Below are positions 9,919 through 21,362 of a DNA stretch of 64,000 nt, in pieces. Source of the stretch: an uncultured Acidobacteriota bacterium. Its GTDB lineage: Bacteria; Acidobacteriota; UBA6911. Location: assembly GCA_963761825.1 (NCBI GenBank), contig CAVXIH010000005.1, positions 160,303-224,302 on the forward strand, given 5' to 3'. Position 1 is the stretch's first letter. The number at the start of each line of letters is the position of its first letter. A model generated the notes under the pieces. That model did no database searches. It was given only the letters and a program-made list of their open reading frames with translations, and was not told the DNA's origin. The position numbers and the translations under genes are program-made.

Positions 9919-10551
9919 CCATGCCGTTTTTCGCAACGGCCTGAAGATGCTGCTCGAAAAAGAGCCTGATTTTGAAGTTGTAGGGGAGGCTGAAAACGGC
10001 TTCGATACCATCCGGGCGGTAACAGCGATTGAACCTGGATGTGCTTCTTCTTGACGTGTCCATGCCCGGGCTGGCAGGCGCCAAGGTGGCTGAAGAAGTT
10101 CTCAAAATGCAAGCCCAAGTTGAACATAGTTGTTCTCACCATGCACGAGGATGAATATTATCTACAGGAGTTTTTCCGGTTGGGCGTGCAGGCCTATGTG
10201 CTTAAGAAATCAACGGGCACGGATGTTGCGCAGGCGATCCGGGCGGTCCAAAATGGCAAACGATACGTCGATCCATCCCTGGCGGACTTGGTCATTTCAT
10301 CCTATGTCGGCCGCCAGCCGAAAAAGCAAAGGACTCAAAGACTCGATCTCTTGACGCCAAGGGAACTGGAAGTGCTAACGCTCCTTGCCTATGGCCATAC
10401 AAACGGCGAAATTGCCGAAAAATTGTGTATTTCTGAGCGCACGGTGGAGACACACCGTACCAATATCATGGCCAAGATGGAGTTTAAAAGCCGCGCCGAT
10501 TTGGTGCGGTTTGCCATCGACAACGGAATGCTGAATCTGGCGGCAGACTGA
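9890..10551 (+). CDS. NarL/FixJ-family response regulator (REC plus LuxR-type HTH). Two single-base indels near 9965 and 10103.
   Basis: N-terminus [37 protein letters not shown]. Then LLLDVSMPGLAG and IVVLTMHEDEYY in shifted frames. C-terminal LTPRELEVLTLLAYGHTNGEIAEKLCISERTVETHRTNIMAKM. Each break is repaired by removing one base from a short homopolymer (ggat, aaaat). Confidence 0.65.
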
Positions 10552-10658
10552 TATGTATTGCTCCCCCTCAAGCCGATTCAGGCGTTCAATCTGGCCGTCC
10601 AGCAGCAAAGAGGCGTCCCTAACGAATCACCTGCTTCTGAATTCTTGGAGAACTAAAC

Positions 10659-12614
10659 ATGACGAATGACATATACCCCGTCAAGCCGCATATAGCCCAG
10701 AGGGCCTATATCAACTCCATGGAGGAGTATCAGCGCCTCTACCGGCTTTCACTCGACAATCCGGAATGGTTCTGGGGCGAACAGGCGAAGGCAATAACCT
10801 GGTACCATCCCTGGCAGCGCGCATTCGATGCTGACTACGAGGAAGTTGACTTCTCCTGGTTCTCGGGAGGCAGGCTGAATGCCTCGTTCAATTGCATTGA
10901 TCGCCACCTCTCCACTCTGGGTGACAAGACCGCCATCATCTGGGCACAGGATGAACCGGGTGTCTACACGCACATCAGCTACGATAAGCTGAAACACCAG
11001 GTATGCCGGGTCGCCAACGTTCTTTTGCAGCACGACGTGCGCAGAGGAGACCGCGTGTGCATCTACATGACGATGATACCGGAACTGGTCTATACCATGC
11101 TGGCTTGCGCGCGCATTGGGGCGATCCACTCCGTGGTGTTCGGCGGATTTTCAGCCGATGCACTGCGCGATCGCATCGTTGACGCGCGCTGCAAAATAGT
11201 GGTGACTGCCAACGAAGGGCTGCGGGGCGGCAAGAGGGTGCCGCTCAAAAAGACCGTCGATAGGGCGATCGAGGGCATGGATATGGTGGAAACCGTGCTG
11301 GTGGTGCAGCGCACGGATGCGAATGTCGACATGAAACCGGGGCGCGATTTCTGGCTGGAGGAGGAATGCAGCAAACAGCGCTCCACCTGCACCGCAGCCT
11401 GGATGGGTGCGGAAGATCCGCTATTCGTACTGTACACCTCAGGCAGCACCGGCCAACCCAAAGGGCTGATGCACACCACGGGGGGATACCTGGTGTTTGC
11501 GGCATATACGCACCGCTTGATTTTCGACTACCATCCGGGCGACATATATTTCTGCGCAGCGGACATTGGATGGATCACCGGCCACAGCTACATCGTGTAT
11601 GGACCGCTCGCTAACGGTGCGACCACCGTTATGTTCGAATCGACACCCGTGTATCCTGACGCGGGCCGCTATTGGCAGGTCGTTGACGATCTCGGCGTCA
11701 ACATTTTCTATGCGGCACCGACGGCCTTGCGTACCCTGGCGCAACACGGCGACCAGTGGGTGAAGAAGTACAAACGCGATTCGCTGCGCATCCTCGGCAC
11801 GGTCGGGGAGCCGATCAATCCCGAAGTGTGGCGCTGGTATCATGACGTAATCGGCGAAGCTCGCTGCACGATCGTTGATACCTGGTGGCAGACTGAGACC
11901 GGCGGGGTGCTGATCACGCCGCTGCCTGGCGTTACCCCGACCAAACCCGGCTCCGCGACGTTGCCTTTCTTCGGCGTCAAGCCTGTCGTGATGGATATAG
12001 CCACGCAGAAAATTCTTGAAGGCAATAATGTGTCCGGGGCGCTTTGCCTGGCCTCCCCATGGCCCGGCCAGGCGCGCACGGTTTGGGGAGACCATCGGCG
12101 CTTCAAGCAAACATATTTCAGCCAGTACCCCGGCTATTACTTCACCGGCGACGGGTGCCGTCGGGACGAAGATGGCTACTACTGGATTACCGGCCGCATC
12201 GACGATGTACTCAACGTGTCGGGACATCGCCTTGGCACGGCCGAGGTCGAAAGCGCACTCGTCGCCCACGAAGCGGTGGCGGAAGCCGCTGTAGTCGGAT
12301 ATCCGCATAGCATAAAGGGCGAGGGCATCTACGCCTATGTCGTGGTCAATAATGAATTCGAGCACGCCGATAAGGAGCAGCTGATCGGGGCACTAAAGCA
12401 GCAAGTGCGATCCGCCATCGGCGCCTTTGCGGCGCCTGACGTAATCCACATCGCATCCGGCCTGCCGAAAACACGGAGCGGAAAGATTATGCGGCGGATT
12501 TTGCGCAAAGTGGCGGCGTCCGAATATGAAGGTTTGGGCGATCTCACAACGCTCGCCGAACCGAATGTCGTGAGCGTTCTCATCAATGAGCACAAGGACG
12601 AGCAGAAAGAATAG
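10659..12614 (+). CDS. acs: Acetyl-CoA synthetase (AMP-forming).
   Basis: 651 aa intact. Hallmark blocks [39 protein letters not shown]. Confidence 0.95.
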   Translation: MTNDIYPVKPHIAQRAYINSMEEYQRLYRLSLDNPEWFWGEQAKAITWYHPWQRAFDADYEEVDFSWFSGGRLNASFNCIDRHLSTLGDKTAIIWAQDEPGVYTHISYDKLKHQVCRVANVLLQHDVRRGDRVCIYMTMIPELVYTMLACARIGAIHSVVFGGFSADALRDRIVDARCKIVVTANEGLRGGKRVPLKKTVDRAIEGMDMVETVLVVQRTDANVDMKPGRDFWLEEECSKQRSTCTAAWMGAEDPLFVLYTSGSTGQPKGLMHTTGGYLVFAAYTHRLIFDYHPGDIYFCAADIGWITGHSYIVYGPLANGATTVMFESTPVYPDAGRYWQVVDDLGVNIFYAAPTALRTLAQHGDQWVKKYKRDSLRILGTVGEPINPEVWRWYHDVIGEARCTIVDTWWQTETGGVLITPLPGVTPTKPGSATLPFFGVKPVVMDIATQKILEGNNVSGALCLASPWPGQARTVWGDHRRFKQTYFSQYPGYYFTGDGCRRDEDGYYWITGRIDDVLNVSGHRLGTAEVESALVAHEAVAEAAVVGYPHSIKGEGIYAYVVVNNEFEHADKEQLIGALKQQVRSAIGAFAAPDVIHIASGLPKTRSGKIMRRILRKVAASEYEGLGDLTTLAEPNVVSVLINEHKDEQKE

Positions 12615-12634
12615 GAATTGGAGGAGCAAATTCG

Positions 12635-13999
12635 ATGAGGTTATTTACGAGACTCCGCTTAAGCATGTGGATCGCACTGGGACTCGGACTGGCTCTGGCT
12701 GGCTTCGCCGCAGATCAAAAGCCCACAATGCCCGTAAAACCCGCCGCCCCGACTCAGGGTTATGCACCGACTTCAATGTGCAGGGGATGTCACGATCAGA
12801 TTGTGGCGCAGCATCTCAAGTCTTCACACGAAATGTCCTTCACAAATCCGACGTTCCAGGCGCAATATCAGAAAGATCTCCAGCCCAAGGCTGAAAAGGA
12901 CGCCGATCTCACCGCGGAAGCTCGCGAGTGTATCGCCTGTCATGAGCCAATCACTTACGCGACAAAGGGTCCCCTGATACTATCGCTAGCAGCTGTTAAT
13001 CCCAACATGAACGGGGTTACGTGCGATGTCTGTCATACCATGACGGGATACCGCGCCCCCAGGCCGCAGAACGGCAACTTTATCATCGCGCCGAGCGATA
13101 CAAAGCTCGGTCCCTTTAAGGAAGAGAGCGACTGGCATCATGCCTACTCGGAGCTCCAGACAAAAAGCGAAATCTGCGCCGTATGCCATGAAGCAGTGAA
13201 TCGCCACGGATTCCAGATCAAGGCAACCTTCACCGAATGGCAAGAAAGCGTTTTTGCCCAACAAGGAGTGGAATGCCAGGATTGCCATATGAACGTCGAT
13301 GGATTCCTCACTGCGGGGAAACCACGGTTTTCCTCCGGGAAGGCTGCCAGCATGTCACTCGGAAACTCTCCGGAGCGAGTACGCTTATACACGCATGAGT
13401 TCCCCGGAGCCCACTCGAAGACTCAGGTCGAAGGCGCCATCGAACTGTTGATCAAAGCGACACCCATGGATGCTTCGCAAAGCCGTACGATGACGATCGA
13501 TGTAACCGTCGACAACTCGCGCACGGGACACAGCATGCCCTCCGGCAGCGCCGATCTGCGCCTGCTGTGGCTGGAAGTAACCGCTCATATTGGGGACCGC
13601 ATTCTGGCCCTGCCGGCCGGCGCCGCGGAGTCTGCGGTCACGACCGATGCTATTTCAAACTCAATCGCGGGCTATGGGAATTTCGACGCGCGGCTGATCG
13701 GACCGGAAATCCCGAAAGGAAGCCGCGTCTATCGGGCGATCTTCGCCGACGCCAAGGGACAGGCAACACTCAATTCGTACGATGCCGTCGCTAAGTTGTT
13801 CGATAACCGTCTGAAGGCCGCCGAAAAACGCATGGAGTCCTATCAGTTCACGATTCCCGAAGGGGTAAAGGGCGACCTCTCGATCGAGGCAACTTTGAAG
13901 TATCTACCCTACTCCAGCACCTTCACCGACGGATTAGGGCTGCCGAAGCCCGAGGCAGTCATCGTGGCACGAAAAAAAATTGAGCTCGGCGCCCGTTAA
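12635..13999 (+). CDS. Secreted pentahaem c-type cytochrome.
   Basis: Signal peptide MWIALGLGLALAGFAA. Motifs CRGCH, CIACH, CDVCH, CAVCH, CQDCH. ORF intact (454 aa). Confidence 0.75.
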   Translation: MRLFTRLRLSMWIALGLGLALAGFAADQKPTMPVKPAAPTQGYAPTSMCRGCHDQIVAQHLKSSHEMSFTNPTFQAQYQKDLQPKAEKDADLTAEARECIACHEPITYATKGPLILSLAAVNPNMNGVTCDVCHTMTGYRAPRPQNGNFIIAPSDTKLGPFKEESDWHHAYSELQTKSEICAVCHEAVNRHGFQIKATFTEWQESVFAQQGVECQDCHMNVDGFLTAGKPRFSSGKAASMSLGNSPERVRLYTHEFPGAHSKTQVEGAIELLIKATPMDASQSRTMTIDVTVDNSRTGHSMPSGSADLRLLWLEVTAHIGDRILALPAGAAESAVTTDAISNSIAGYGNFDARLIGPEIPKGSRVYRAIFADAKGQATLNSYDAVAKLFDNRLKAAEKRMESYQFTIPEGVKGDLSIEATLKYLPYSSTFTDGLGLPKPEAVIVARKKIELGAR

Positions 14000-14061
14000 A
14001 AGTTTCCGCGTGACTCTCGATACTGAGAAATCCATAGAATTGTGATAGTTCGGCCATTCTG

Positions 14062-15420
14062 ATGACTAAAGACAGACTCAGCATAACATCAGGTTCGAGG
14101 ATTGCCATCGTCGGGGGCGGGCCGGCCGGTTGTTTCTTCGCCCTCTATCTGAATCATTTCGCACGAAAACAGGGCATCCAGCCGGACATCACTATATATG
14201 AGTCCAGGGATTTCAGCGCATATGGTCCTAAAGGCTGTAAAGGTTGCGCCGGAATTCTGTCCAGTTCCCTGCTCGAGAGCCTGGCAGAAATAGATTTGGC
14301 CTTGCCGGACGAAGTCATTCAGCAACGAATTGACGGCTACAACATTCTAAGCCCATACACTTCCATCACCATGAGCAATCCCGATAAGGACGCCCAGGTC
14401 GTCAGCGTTTTTCGCGGAGGCGGGCCACGCACATGCCATGCCGGAGGCCCATTGGTTTCGACGGCTGGCTATTGGCGGAAACTCAAAAGCGGGGCGTCCT
14501 GATTGAAGAGCGGCCGGTAGACCGCATTCGGGCCGGCCGCCCGATGCAATTGGGCGTTGCAGGCGAAACGCGGGACTATGACCTGGTCGTCATGGCTACG
14601 GGTGTCAATGCAAAACCGGTGCTCTTGGAGGGGCTGAATTACATTCCACCCAAGACGCAAACCATGACACAGGATGAACTGCAAGTAGAGACGACCAGGA
14701 TTCATCCGTTCCCGGATAATGTGGCGCATGCATTTTTGATTCCGCGCTCCGGCTTGATCGCCGGCTGCTTTGTCCCCAAAGGCTCCTTTCTAAATGTATC
14801 CGTGTTAAACAAAACCGAACAGCCGATATCCGTCAGTGAATTTCTGCAAAATGAAATTGTGCAAAATACGTTGCAGGACCGATACGAACGCGTATGCGGG
14901 TGCTCTCCCAAGGTGGTTATCGGCTCCGCACGCCACTATTATGCGGACGGATTTGTGGCAGTGGGCGATGCCGCGGTTTCGAGACTCTATAAGGATGGCA
15001 TCGGCTCAGCGCTACGCACGGCCAGAGAAGCCGCCCAGATTGCTGCACACCATGGATTTTCGAGTCAGGCTTTCAGACGGCACTATCAACCATTTTGCCG
15101 CAGAATAAACCGCGACAATCGATGGGGCAAAGCGTTGTTCTGGATGAACGACAAGATAAAGGATTCTCGAACGTTCCTATGGATGCAGCATCGCCTCATT
15201 GGAGATGAGCAGATTGCAGGCAGGGGGCCAAGGCCTTTTACCAAAGCCGTCTGGGGAATGTTTACCGGCAGCTATAGCTATAGAAGCATAACCCGAATGA
15301 CTCTCAGTCCAACGGCGCTTGGCAAGCTCCTGCTCGCATTGCCTCGGGAAATTGCAGGGAGCCCGTTTTACAGGAATCCCATTCCCCGAAAACTGCATGT
15401 CGGCGCCCGGAAGGTCCTGA
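14062..15420 (+). CDS. FAD-dependent oxidoreductase (geranylgeranyl-reductase/FixC-like fold). Frameshift near 14440; the 3' end is uncertain.
   Basis: N-terminal IAIVGGGPAGCFFALYL dinucleotide-binding motif. The ORF continues in a second frame (ORF 14433...). There is no in-frame stop before the ndh start. Confidence 0.45.
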
Positions 15421-16659
15421 TACTGGGCAGCGGATTTGCAGGCACCTACGTCTTGCGCAACCTTGTGCCTTCCCTGAATCGGAATGAGAATGTGGAAACC
15501 ACCATGGTGAGTGACGAGAACTTCTTTTTATTTTCGCCGCTGCTCCATGAAGTGGCGATGGGCCGGATAGAAACCCGCCACATCGCGTATCCTATCCGGC
15601 GCCTGCACTGGAGAGATCGCTTCAATTTCCTTCAAGGCACCGTGCAAACAATAGATTTGAATCAACACAAGGTAATCACCACAGCGGGACTGCTTGAATA
15701 TGATTATCTTGTCCTGGCATTGGGCGGCGCGCCCGACCTCTCAGAATTGCCGGCCTTGGGCCCCAATGTCTTCACGCTGAAAAGCCTGGATGATTCGGTT
15801 AGGATCAGAAACCATATAATCAAGGTTTTCGAACAGGCCCTCGTAGAGAGCAATCAGGAAAAGCGGAAGCAACTGCTGACCTTTGTTGTTTCCGGAGGCG
15901 GCTATCGAGGAGTCCAACTTGTAACCGAACTCAGAGACTTTATCCACGGCACGCTGCTCCGGCTTTACCGGCCGCTAAAGCCGGAAGATATCCGACTCCT
16001 GCTCGTGGAAGCGGAACACCCGGATTGTCGCCGATTTGCATACGAAATTCGGCGCCTATATCATGAAGCAGCTGAATAAAATGGGGATTGAGATTAGACA
16101 GGCCTCACGGATCACCGGAGTCAGGGAGGATCAGGTGGAAATCAACGGCTCTGAGCGAGTGCCGACGAACACTCTTTTATGGGTCGCCGGCATCGTGGCG
16201 AATCCGCAGATAGCTGCGCTTGACGTCGAAAAGGACGACCTGGGACGCGTTCTGGTTGACGCATGCCTCAATGTGCCGAAATATCCAGGCGTCTATGCTG
16301 CGGGAGACTGTGCTCATTTCAAAGATCCATCAACGGGTCAGCCGATACCTCCTCGGGCATACACGGCCGTACGCCAGGCAAAAGCCATCGCGAACAACAT
16401 CCTGTCTGAGATTCGAGGAAGCGCAGCAAAACCTTACGACTGCGGGCACATCCCGCAAATGGTCTCCCTGGGCGGGTCCCGGGCGATCGTGAGATTCCGC
16501 AATCTGCAGCTGGTTGGTTATCCGGCGCAGATTCTATGGCTGGCTGCGTATACGCTTCTGATTGCAGGCTCGTACAACCGCATCCGGGTATTAATGGACT
16601 GGTTGCTTTCCTCAATGTTTGGCCGGGATACGACATATCTCAAGCTCACAAAATCCTAG
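15397..16659 (+). CDS. ndh: Type II NADH dehydrogenase (NDH-2). A homopolymer indel near 15405 and a frameshift near 16030.
   Basis: Adding one C in gcgccc restores MSAPRKVLILGSGFAGTYV. Later blocks FFLFSPLLHEVAMG, LTFVVSGGGYRGVQLV, and the C-terminal ORF with VYAAGDCAHF plus a terminal amphipathic membrane anchor. Confidence 0.65.
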
Positions 16660-16710
16660 GCTTTATTTCAGCACCGTGAAAGGATAGATCGGCCTGAGCC
16701 GGAATTAACA

Positions 16711-18219
16711 ATGATCGGATCCCATTCCAGTGACTTGTTCTGCCATGATTTGCCCACAAAACCCCGATCGGAGATCGGCACGATTCTGGTCACGGGAGCA
16801 ACGGGGTATATCGGAGGGCGGCTGGTTCCGGAATTGCTCGCCCGCGGATATAAAGTCAGAGTACTGATTAGAGAATCATTCGCAGAGCATTGCGACCGCT
16901 GGCCGGGGGCAGAGGTTGTCGTTGCAGATGCACTGAAACCGCTTAGTCTGGAACCCGCATTGGAAGGGATTCATACAGCCTACTATCTGATCCATTCCAT
17001 GCTTTTAGGGGAAAAACGGTTGGAAGCGGCGGACATTCAGGCTGCCATAAACTTCAGAAAGGTCGCGGAAGAGAAACAGATTAAAGAAATTATTTATCTT
17101 GGAGGATTGGGGGATCTGCAGGCATCGCTGTCAGCCCATCTCAGAACCAGGACCCATGTAGCAGAGGAATTGAGGCGGGGGAAAGTAACGACGACAATTC
17201 TTCGTGCTGCAATCATCATAGGCTCGGGAAGTGCATCGTACGAAATTATCGAGAATCTGGTCCGCAATTGCCTCATTCTTCCTACGCCGCCATGGACGAA
17301 GACCAAATGCCAACCGGTGGCAATCCGTGATGTGATTAAGTATCTGGTGGGTGTGCTGGAAACACCCGAGACGGCAGGGGGAGTCTTCGATATCGGTGGA
17401 ATGGATGTTTTAACGTATAGAGATATGTTGAAGATCATGGCTGAAGTTCTTGGCTTAAAAAGAACTTTCGTGCCTGTTCCTTCGTTCAGCACAGCAATTT
17501 ACGCGTATATGGCGAGCCTCATCACCCCGGTGCCGATGCACATTTGCCGGTGTCTGATGGAATGCACTCGAAACGAAGTTGTTTGCCTCAACGATGAGAT
17601 CAGGCGCCTAGTGCCTTTCAAAGTCCTGGATTATCGAGAAGCGATTCTAAGAGCCCTATCGCGCGAAGAACAAGACCGGGTCCACACACGGTGGTCCGAT
17701 GCGTATCCCCCTGCTCATGAATTGGCAATAAAGCTGCATGAGCTCGAAGAGCTTCCCACTTACACGAGCTACTATTCGCTGCTTACAGAAAAAAGCGCCG
17801 CTTCACTCTTTCGTTCCGTTTGCAGGATTGGCGGCAAAGAGGGATGGTTCCACAGCAATCTGCTGTGGAGGATACGAGGCGCAATGGATCGGGTGCTCAT
17901 GGGCGTCGGAACTTCACGGGGGCGAAAAAGCGCTACAACCTTGGGGGTCAACGACGTGATCGACTTTTGGCGCGTTGAAGATTACAGGACAAACGAAAGA
18001 CTTCTCCTGCGTGCCGAAATGAAATTGCCCGGCCGGGCATGGCTCGAGTTCAGGATTGAAAGAAGCGGCGACAAAAACTGCATATCCGTGAAAGCACATT
18101 ATCAAGCCCGAGGCATAATGGGAAAGCTCTATTGGTACCTGTTCCTGCCATTCCATATCTTCATTTTCAAAGACCTGATTATGCAAATCGAGCGGAGAAG
18201 CGCCGAAGAAGCATTCTAG
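16711..18219 (+). CDS. Atypical SDR/NmrA-like NAD(P)-binding protein fused to a C-terminal DUF2867-like domain.
   Basis: ILVTGATGYIGGRLVPELLARGYKVRVLIR Rossmann motif. The C-terminal region (WRVEDYRTNERLLLRAEMKLPGRAWLEFRI...) is typical of the SDR+DUF2867 architecture. Confidence 0.65.
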   Translation: MIGSHSSDLFCHDLPTKPRSEIGTILVTGATGYIGGRLVPELLARGYKVRVLIRESFAEHCDRWPGAEVVVADALKPLSLEPALEGIHTAYYLIHSMLLGEKRLEAADIQAAINFRKVAEEKQIKEIIYLGGLGDLQASLSAHLRTRTHVAEELRRGKVTTTILRAAIIIGSGSASYEIIENLVRNCLILPTPPWTKTKCQPVAIRDVIKYLVGVLETPETAGGVFDIGGMDVLTYRDMLKIMAEVLGLKRTFVPVPSFSTAIYAYMASLITPVPMHICRCLMECTRNEVVCLNDEIRRLVPFKVLDYREAILRALSREEQDRVHTRWSDAYPPAHELAIKLHELEELPTYTSYYSLLTEKSAASLFRSVCRIGGKEGWFHSNLLWRIRGAMDRVLMGVGTSRGRKSATTLGVNDVIDFWRVEDYRTNERLLLRAEMKLPGRAWLEFRIERSGDKNCISVKAHYQARGIMGKLYWYLFLPFHIFIFKDLIMQIERRSAEEAF

Positions 18220-18358
18220 GCTGGCCTATCCGCGCAATAGCAGGGGCTTCAACCCAACAAGTCCGGCCTAAATTGTATTTGGCGTCCTCGTTTCGTCTGG
18301 TTTATTCTCGCATGATGCTCTGGCGCATGTGGCCCAAGTATGATATTCCTTAATCGAG

Positions 18359-18607
18359 ATGAATATTGCCTGGATTGCAGCCATTGTGTTGATTCTTAAT
18401 ATGCCCTTCGGCTACTGGCGCGCCCACACAAAGAGATTTTCAGCGCAATGGATCCTGGCCATCCACATTCCGGTTCCGATGATCGCCGCCTTGCGGATCT
18501 ATAGCGGGTTGGGATGGAGGATGGCTACATTTCCAGTTCTGATCGCAGCGTTCTTTGTCGGCCAATTCGTCGGCGGCAGACTGCGAAACAGGCTATTGAC
18601 CAGCTAG
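18359..18607 (+). CDS. Small (82 aa) two-helix membrane protein, hypothetical.
   Basis: Two hydrophobic helices. In-strand position after the SDR gene. No similarity recognised. Confidence 0.3.
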   Translation: MNIAWIAAIVLILNMPFGYWRAHTKRFSAQWILAIHIPVPMIAALRIYSGLGWRMATFPVLIAAFFVGQFVGGRLRNRLLTS

Positions 18608-18642
18608 TCCGACCGATTGAGCGTGCAGAAAGAAGGCCGCTT

Positions 18643-20223
18643 TCATCGTTTTCCTGCACCGCCACCACACCGGTAGATATCCGTTCCCGCTATAATCTTT
18701 TCCAGCCGGCAATTCTGGTCGACGAACCTGCGCAGGATGGGATAATCCCTGAGTGGATACCTTCCGAAATCGTGGTAATTACCGGGAGACGTGTCCACGA
18801 TCAATTCCGGAGGATCGCGGTTCAGGTCGGTCTCCAGCATCGGCCACGCCTCCGGAACAGCCAACCACGTGATATCCGCACGGTCCCTTTCGTTCAGATC
18901 GTTGCCCTGTTTATACCCCGTATGCATCGAGGTAAAAACAAATCTTGTGGATGGCGTGCGCTCCGAATAGACATAAATTGGAGTAAACCACCCCCAAACA
19001 AATATCTTATCCTCAGGACCGGTGTGCGTTTTGATGTATTCGGTTGCAGGACGGAAATCCGGTCTCATCCCTCCCCATGTATCCGTGGTGGCCTCATAGG
19101 AGATAGCCATCCCCGTAAACACGATTCCCGGGATCACGGTCAGCGCCAGGATCACGGCTTTCCAGCACCTGCTGCGCGATTCACATTTTTCATCGACATA
19201 TTTTCCGGCGGCAAGTGCCGCCATCAGACTGAGCGGAGGAAGAATTTGAATGAAATAATGCCCATACATTCTGTTTCCCAGGAAGGCAGCGCACATGCTG
19301 GCGGCCAGCCACAAAATCAGGAACAGCGAAAAATGAGAGGAAAACGACTTTCTCTGATTGCGGAGGTCTGCAACAACATGCTTCATCCAGATGCAGGAGA
19401 GCACCCAGAGGATAACCGTCGATAACACGAACGGGACAAACTCGACGAGTATTTGCGACATAAAACTTTGGTTCGTAACACCCAGGCTGATGTACCGGCT
19501 CGGATACGTTATGTTCCAGAATATCTGGTCCGCTAATATGCCATTTTTATAAAACAAAAATGCAACGGCCCCGATCGGCAGGACAAACCCGGCCCCATAT
19601 TTTGCGCAGGCCGCGACGGAAGCGAGGATTCTATTTTTTCCAAACAGCAACGGAATGATAGCGACGAGATAAAGGGATATCGCCACGACTTCCACCCCGG
19701 CCACCTGCTTTATGAGCAGAGCCAGTCCGGACATAAGTCCCGAGATAAAGAACAGCCCCCCCCTTTCCCGGACGCATGCATACCATAGCAGCAGCACAGC
19801 CATGGAATACGGCAGAGCCATGAATATTTCGGAATTCGCCGCTATCATCTTAGGATACAATGCCGCAGTAAAAGTCAGATAGAACAACAGCGTTAACAAA
19901 GCTTCGGTTTTTCCTCCCAACTTCCTCGCAAGGATGCTCAGGACGACGCCGGTCGCCAGCGTCCAGAGGAATGCCACCATATGAACCGCGAACAGGTTGT
20001 ATTTGCCGAAAAGATAAAACGTCGACAGATAAATATAAAATATTCCGGGCGGTTTGTTGTTCACGGCATTGAGATATGGCAATCCCCCGTCCATCAGGAT
20101 TGCGGCAACGGCTGCGTGGGAGCCTTCGTCAATATCCTGCATAGTGTGAAAAAAATAGGGAATTCTTAAAGCAAAACCAAAGAGCAGAATGAGGGAGATA
20201 AGTCCAATCGTCTTTTTTTGTGC
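18643..20223 (-). CDS. GT-C fold glycosyltransferase, ArnT/PMT-like (GT39/GT83 family), polytopic membrane protein.
   Basis: About 12 TM helices in the N-terminal 400 aa (e.g. GLISLILLFGFALRIPYFF). A soluble C-terminal domain. Typical ArnT/PMT_2 layout. Confidence 0.65.
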   Translation of the reverse strand, partial: AQKKTIGLISLILLFGFALRIPYFFHTMQDIDEGSHAAVAAILMDGGLPYLNAVNNKPPGIFYIYLSTFYLFGKYNLFAVHMVAFLWTLATGVVLSILARKLGGKTEALLTLLFYLTFTAALYPKMIAANSEIFMALPYSMAVLLLWYACVRERGGLFFISGLMSGLALLIKQVAGVEVVAISLYLVAIIPLLFGKNRILASVAACAKYGAGFVLPIGAVAFLFYKNGILADQIFWNITYPSRYISLGVTNQSFMSQILVEFVPFVLSTVILWVLSCIWMKHVVADLRNQRKSFSSHFSLFLILWLAASMCAAFLGNRMYGHYFIQILPPLSLMAALAAGKYVDEKCESRSRCWKAVILALTVIPGIVFTGMAISYEATTDTWGGMRPDFRPATEYIKTHTGPEDKIFVWGWFTPIYVYSERTPSTRFVFTSMHTGYKQGNDLNERDRADITWLAVPEAWPMLETDLNRDPPELIVDTSPGNYHDFGRYPLRDYPILRRFVDQNCRLEKIIAGTDIYRCGGGAGKR

Positions 20224-20344
20224 CATGATGCAATAATTGACTATAGCACGCACATGCATTCTTTGCATCCCGCAGTCCGGGTTTCAGTCCGGAAGCGTTT
20301 AAAAAAACCGGGACGATTAGAAGGAATTTTTGAAAGTATTGCGG

Positions 20345-20392
20345 GGAGCCTGTTTGCATGCGCCCGGGCTAATCCCAGGCGCATGCGGGACT
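20345..20392 (-). terminator. GC-rich hairpin downstream of metF, a candidate terminator (no clear U-tract).
   Basis: gcatgcgcc-cgggctaatccca-ggcgcatgc: a perfect 9-bp stem located 25-70 nt 3' of the metF stop. Confidence 0.3.
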
Positions 20393-20414
20393 GAATGCTT
20401 TTGTGCTGCAGGAA

Positions 20415-21341
20415 CTAGCGGCCGTTCTTGGGCATTAAGCCGGCCTGCTGGACAATCTCGGGTACGGCGTCTTCCCATTCGATGGCCATGATGTGGACAC
20501 CGCGGACGCCTTTCATCGTTTTCAGCTTTTGAATGGTCTCGACAGCGATCTTGATGCCTTCCTGTTTCTGCTTCTTCTTTTCCACTCCCTTGAGGCGATC
20601 GATCACGGCTGCAGGAATATCCATGCCTGCAACTTTGGCCGCCATGTATTCCGCCATGGTCGCGCTCTTCAGCGGAGTGATTCCGGCCAGGATGTAAGTC
20701 TGCTCATGCAGGCCCCGGTCCCGGACGCCTTTCATGAATTCCGCAAATTTCTCCAGGTTAAAAATGCACTGGGTCTGGATAAACTGCGCTCCCGCGGCGA
20801 CCTTCTTGGCCAAACGCGGAACCTGAATTTTGAACGGATCGGCGAAAGGATTCGCGGCTGCCCCGATGAACATCGCCGGAGGACCGTCGACATCTTTGCC
20901 GCCGGAAAACTTCGCGTCGTCGCGCATCTGCTTCACGATTTTCAGAAGCTGAATGGAGTCGACATCGAATACATTTTTCGCCTGCGGATGATCCCCGAAA
21001 ACCTGGTGATCTCCCGAAAGGCACAGCAGGTTCGAAATCCCGAGAGCGGCGGCGCCGAGGATATCGCTCTGCGCCGCAATGCGGTTGCGGTCGCGGCAGA
21101 CCATCTGCATCACGGCGTCGATGCCTTCCTCGCGCAGGATCTTGCAGGCAGCCATGCTGCACATGCGCACGACGCTGGTCTGGTTGTCGGTTACGTTGCA
21201 CGCATCGATGTAGCCCTTCAAAATTTTCGCCTTCTCGCGCACGACCTCGGGCTTGGCGCCGCGCGGCGGCCCCGCCTCGGCGGTGACAGCGAATTTTCCG
21301 GCTTTCAGTACGGTTTGCAGATTTGAATTATTCTGGCTCAT
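20415..21341 (-). CDS. metF: 5,10-methylenetetrahydrofolate reductase, acetogen/MetVF-type catalytic subunit.
   Basis: 308 aa intact, MTHFR TIM-barrel family. Directly preceded by a MetV-like gene. Confidence 0.85.
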   Translation of the reverse strand: MSQNNSNLQTVLKAGKFAVTAEAGPPRGAKPEVVREKAKILKGYIDACNVTDNQTSVVRMCSMAACKILREEGIDAVMQMVCRDRNRIAAQSDILGAAALGISNLLCLSGDHQVFGDHPQAKNVFDVDSIQLLKIVKQMRDDAKFSGGKDVDGPPAMFIGAAANPFADPFKIQVPRLAKKVAAGAQFIQTQCIFNLEKFAEFMKGVRDRGLHEQTYILAGITPLKSATMAEYMAAKVAGMDIPAAVIDRLKGVEKKKQKQEGIKIAVETIQKLKTMKGVRGVHIMAIEWEDAVPEIVQQAGLMPKNGR

Positions 21342-21362
21342 TCCTTTTCCTCGCTCTCGAAT

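Noticed and set aside
11439-12365. 308-aa minus-strand ORF inside acs, plus other long antisense ORFs (7693-8385, 18514-19425, 31141-31818, 33160-33861, 33889-34554, 41171-41860, 53191-54210, 55395-56042, 57194-57745, 58105-58911, 60677-61348)
   Set aside because: Every one overlaps a well-supported gene on the opposite strand and shows no recognisable motifs. They are shadow ORFs.
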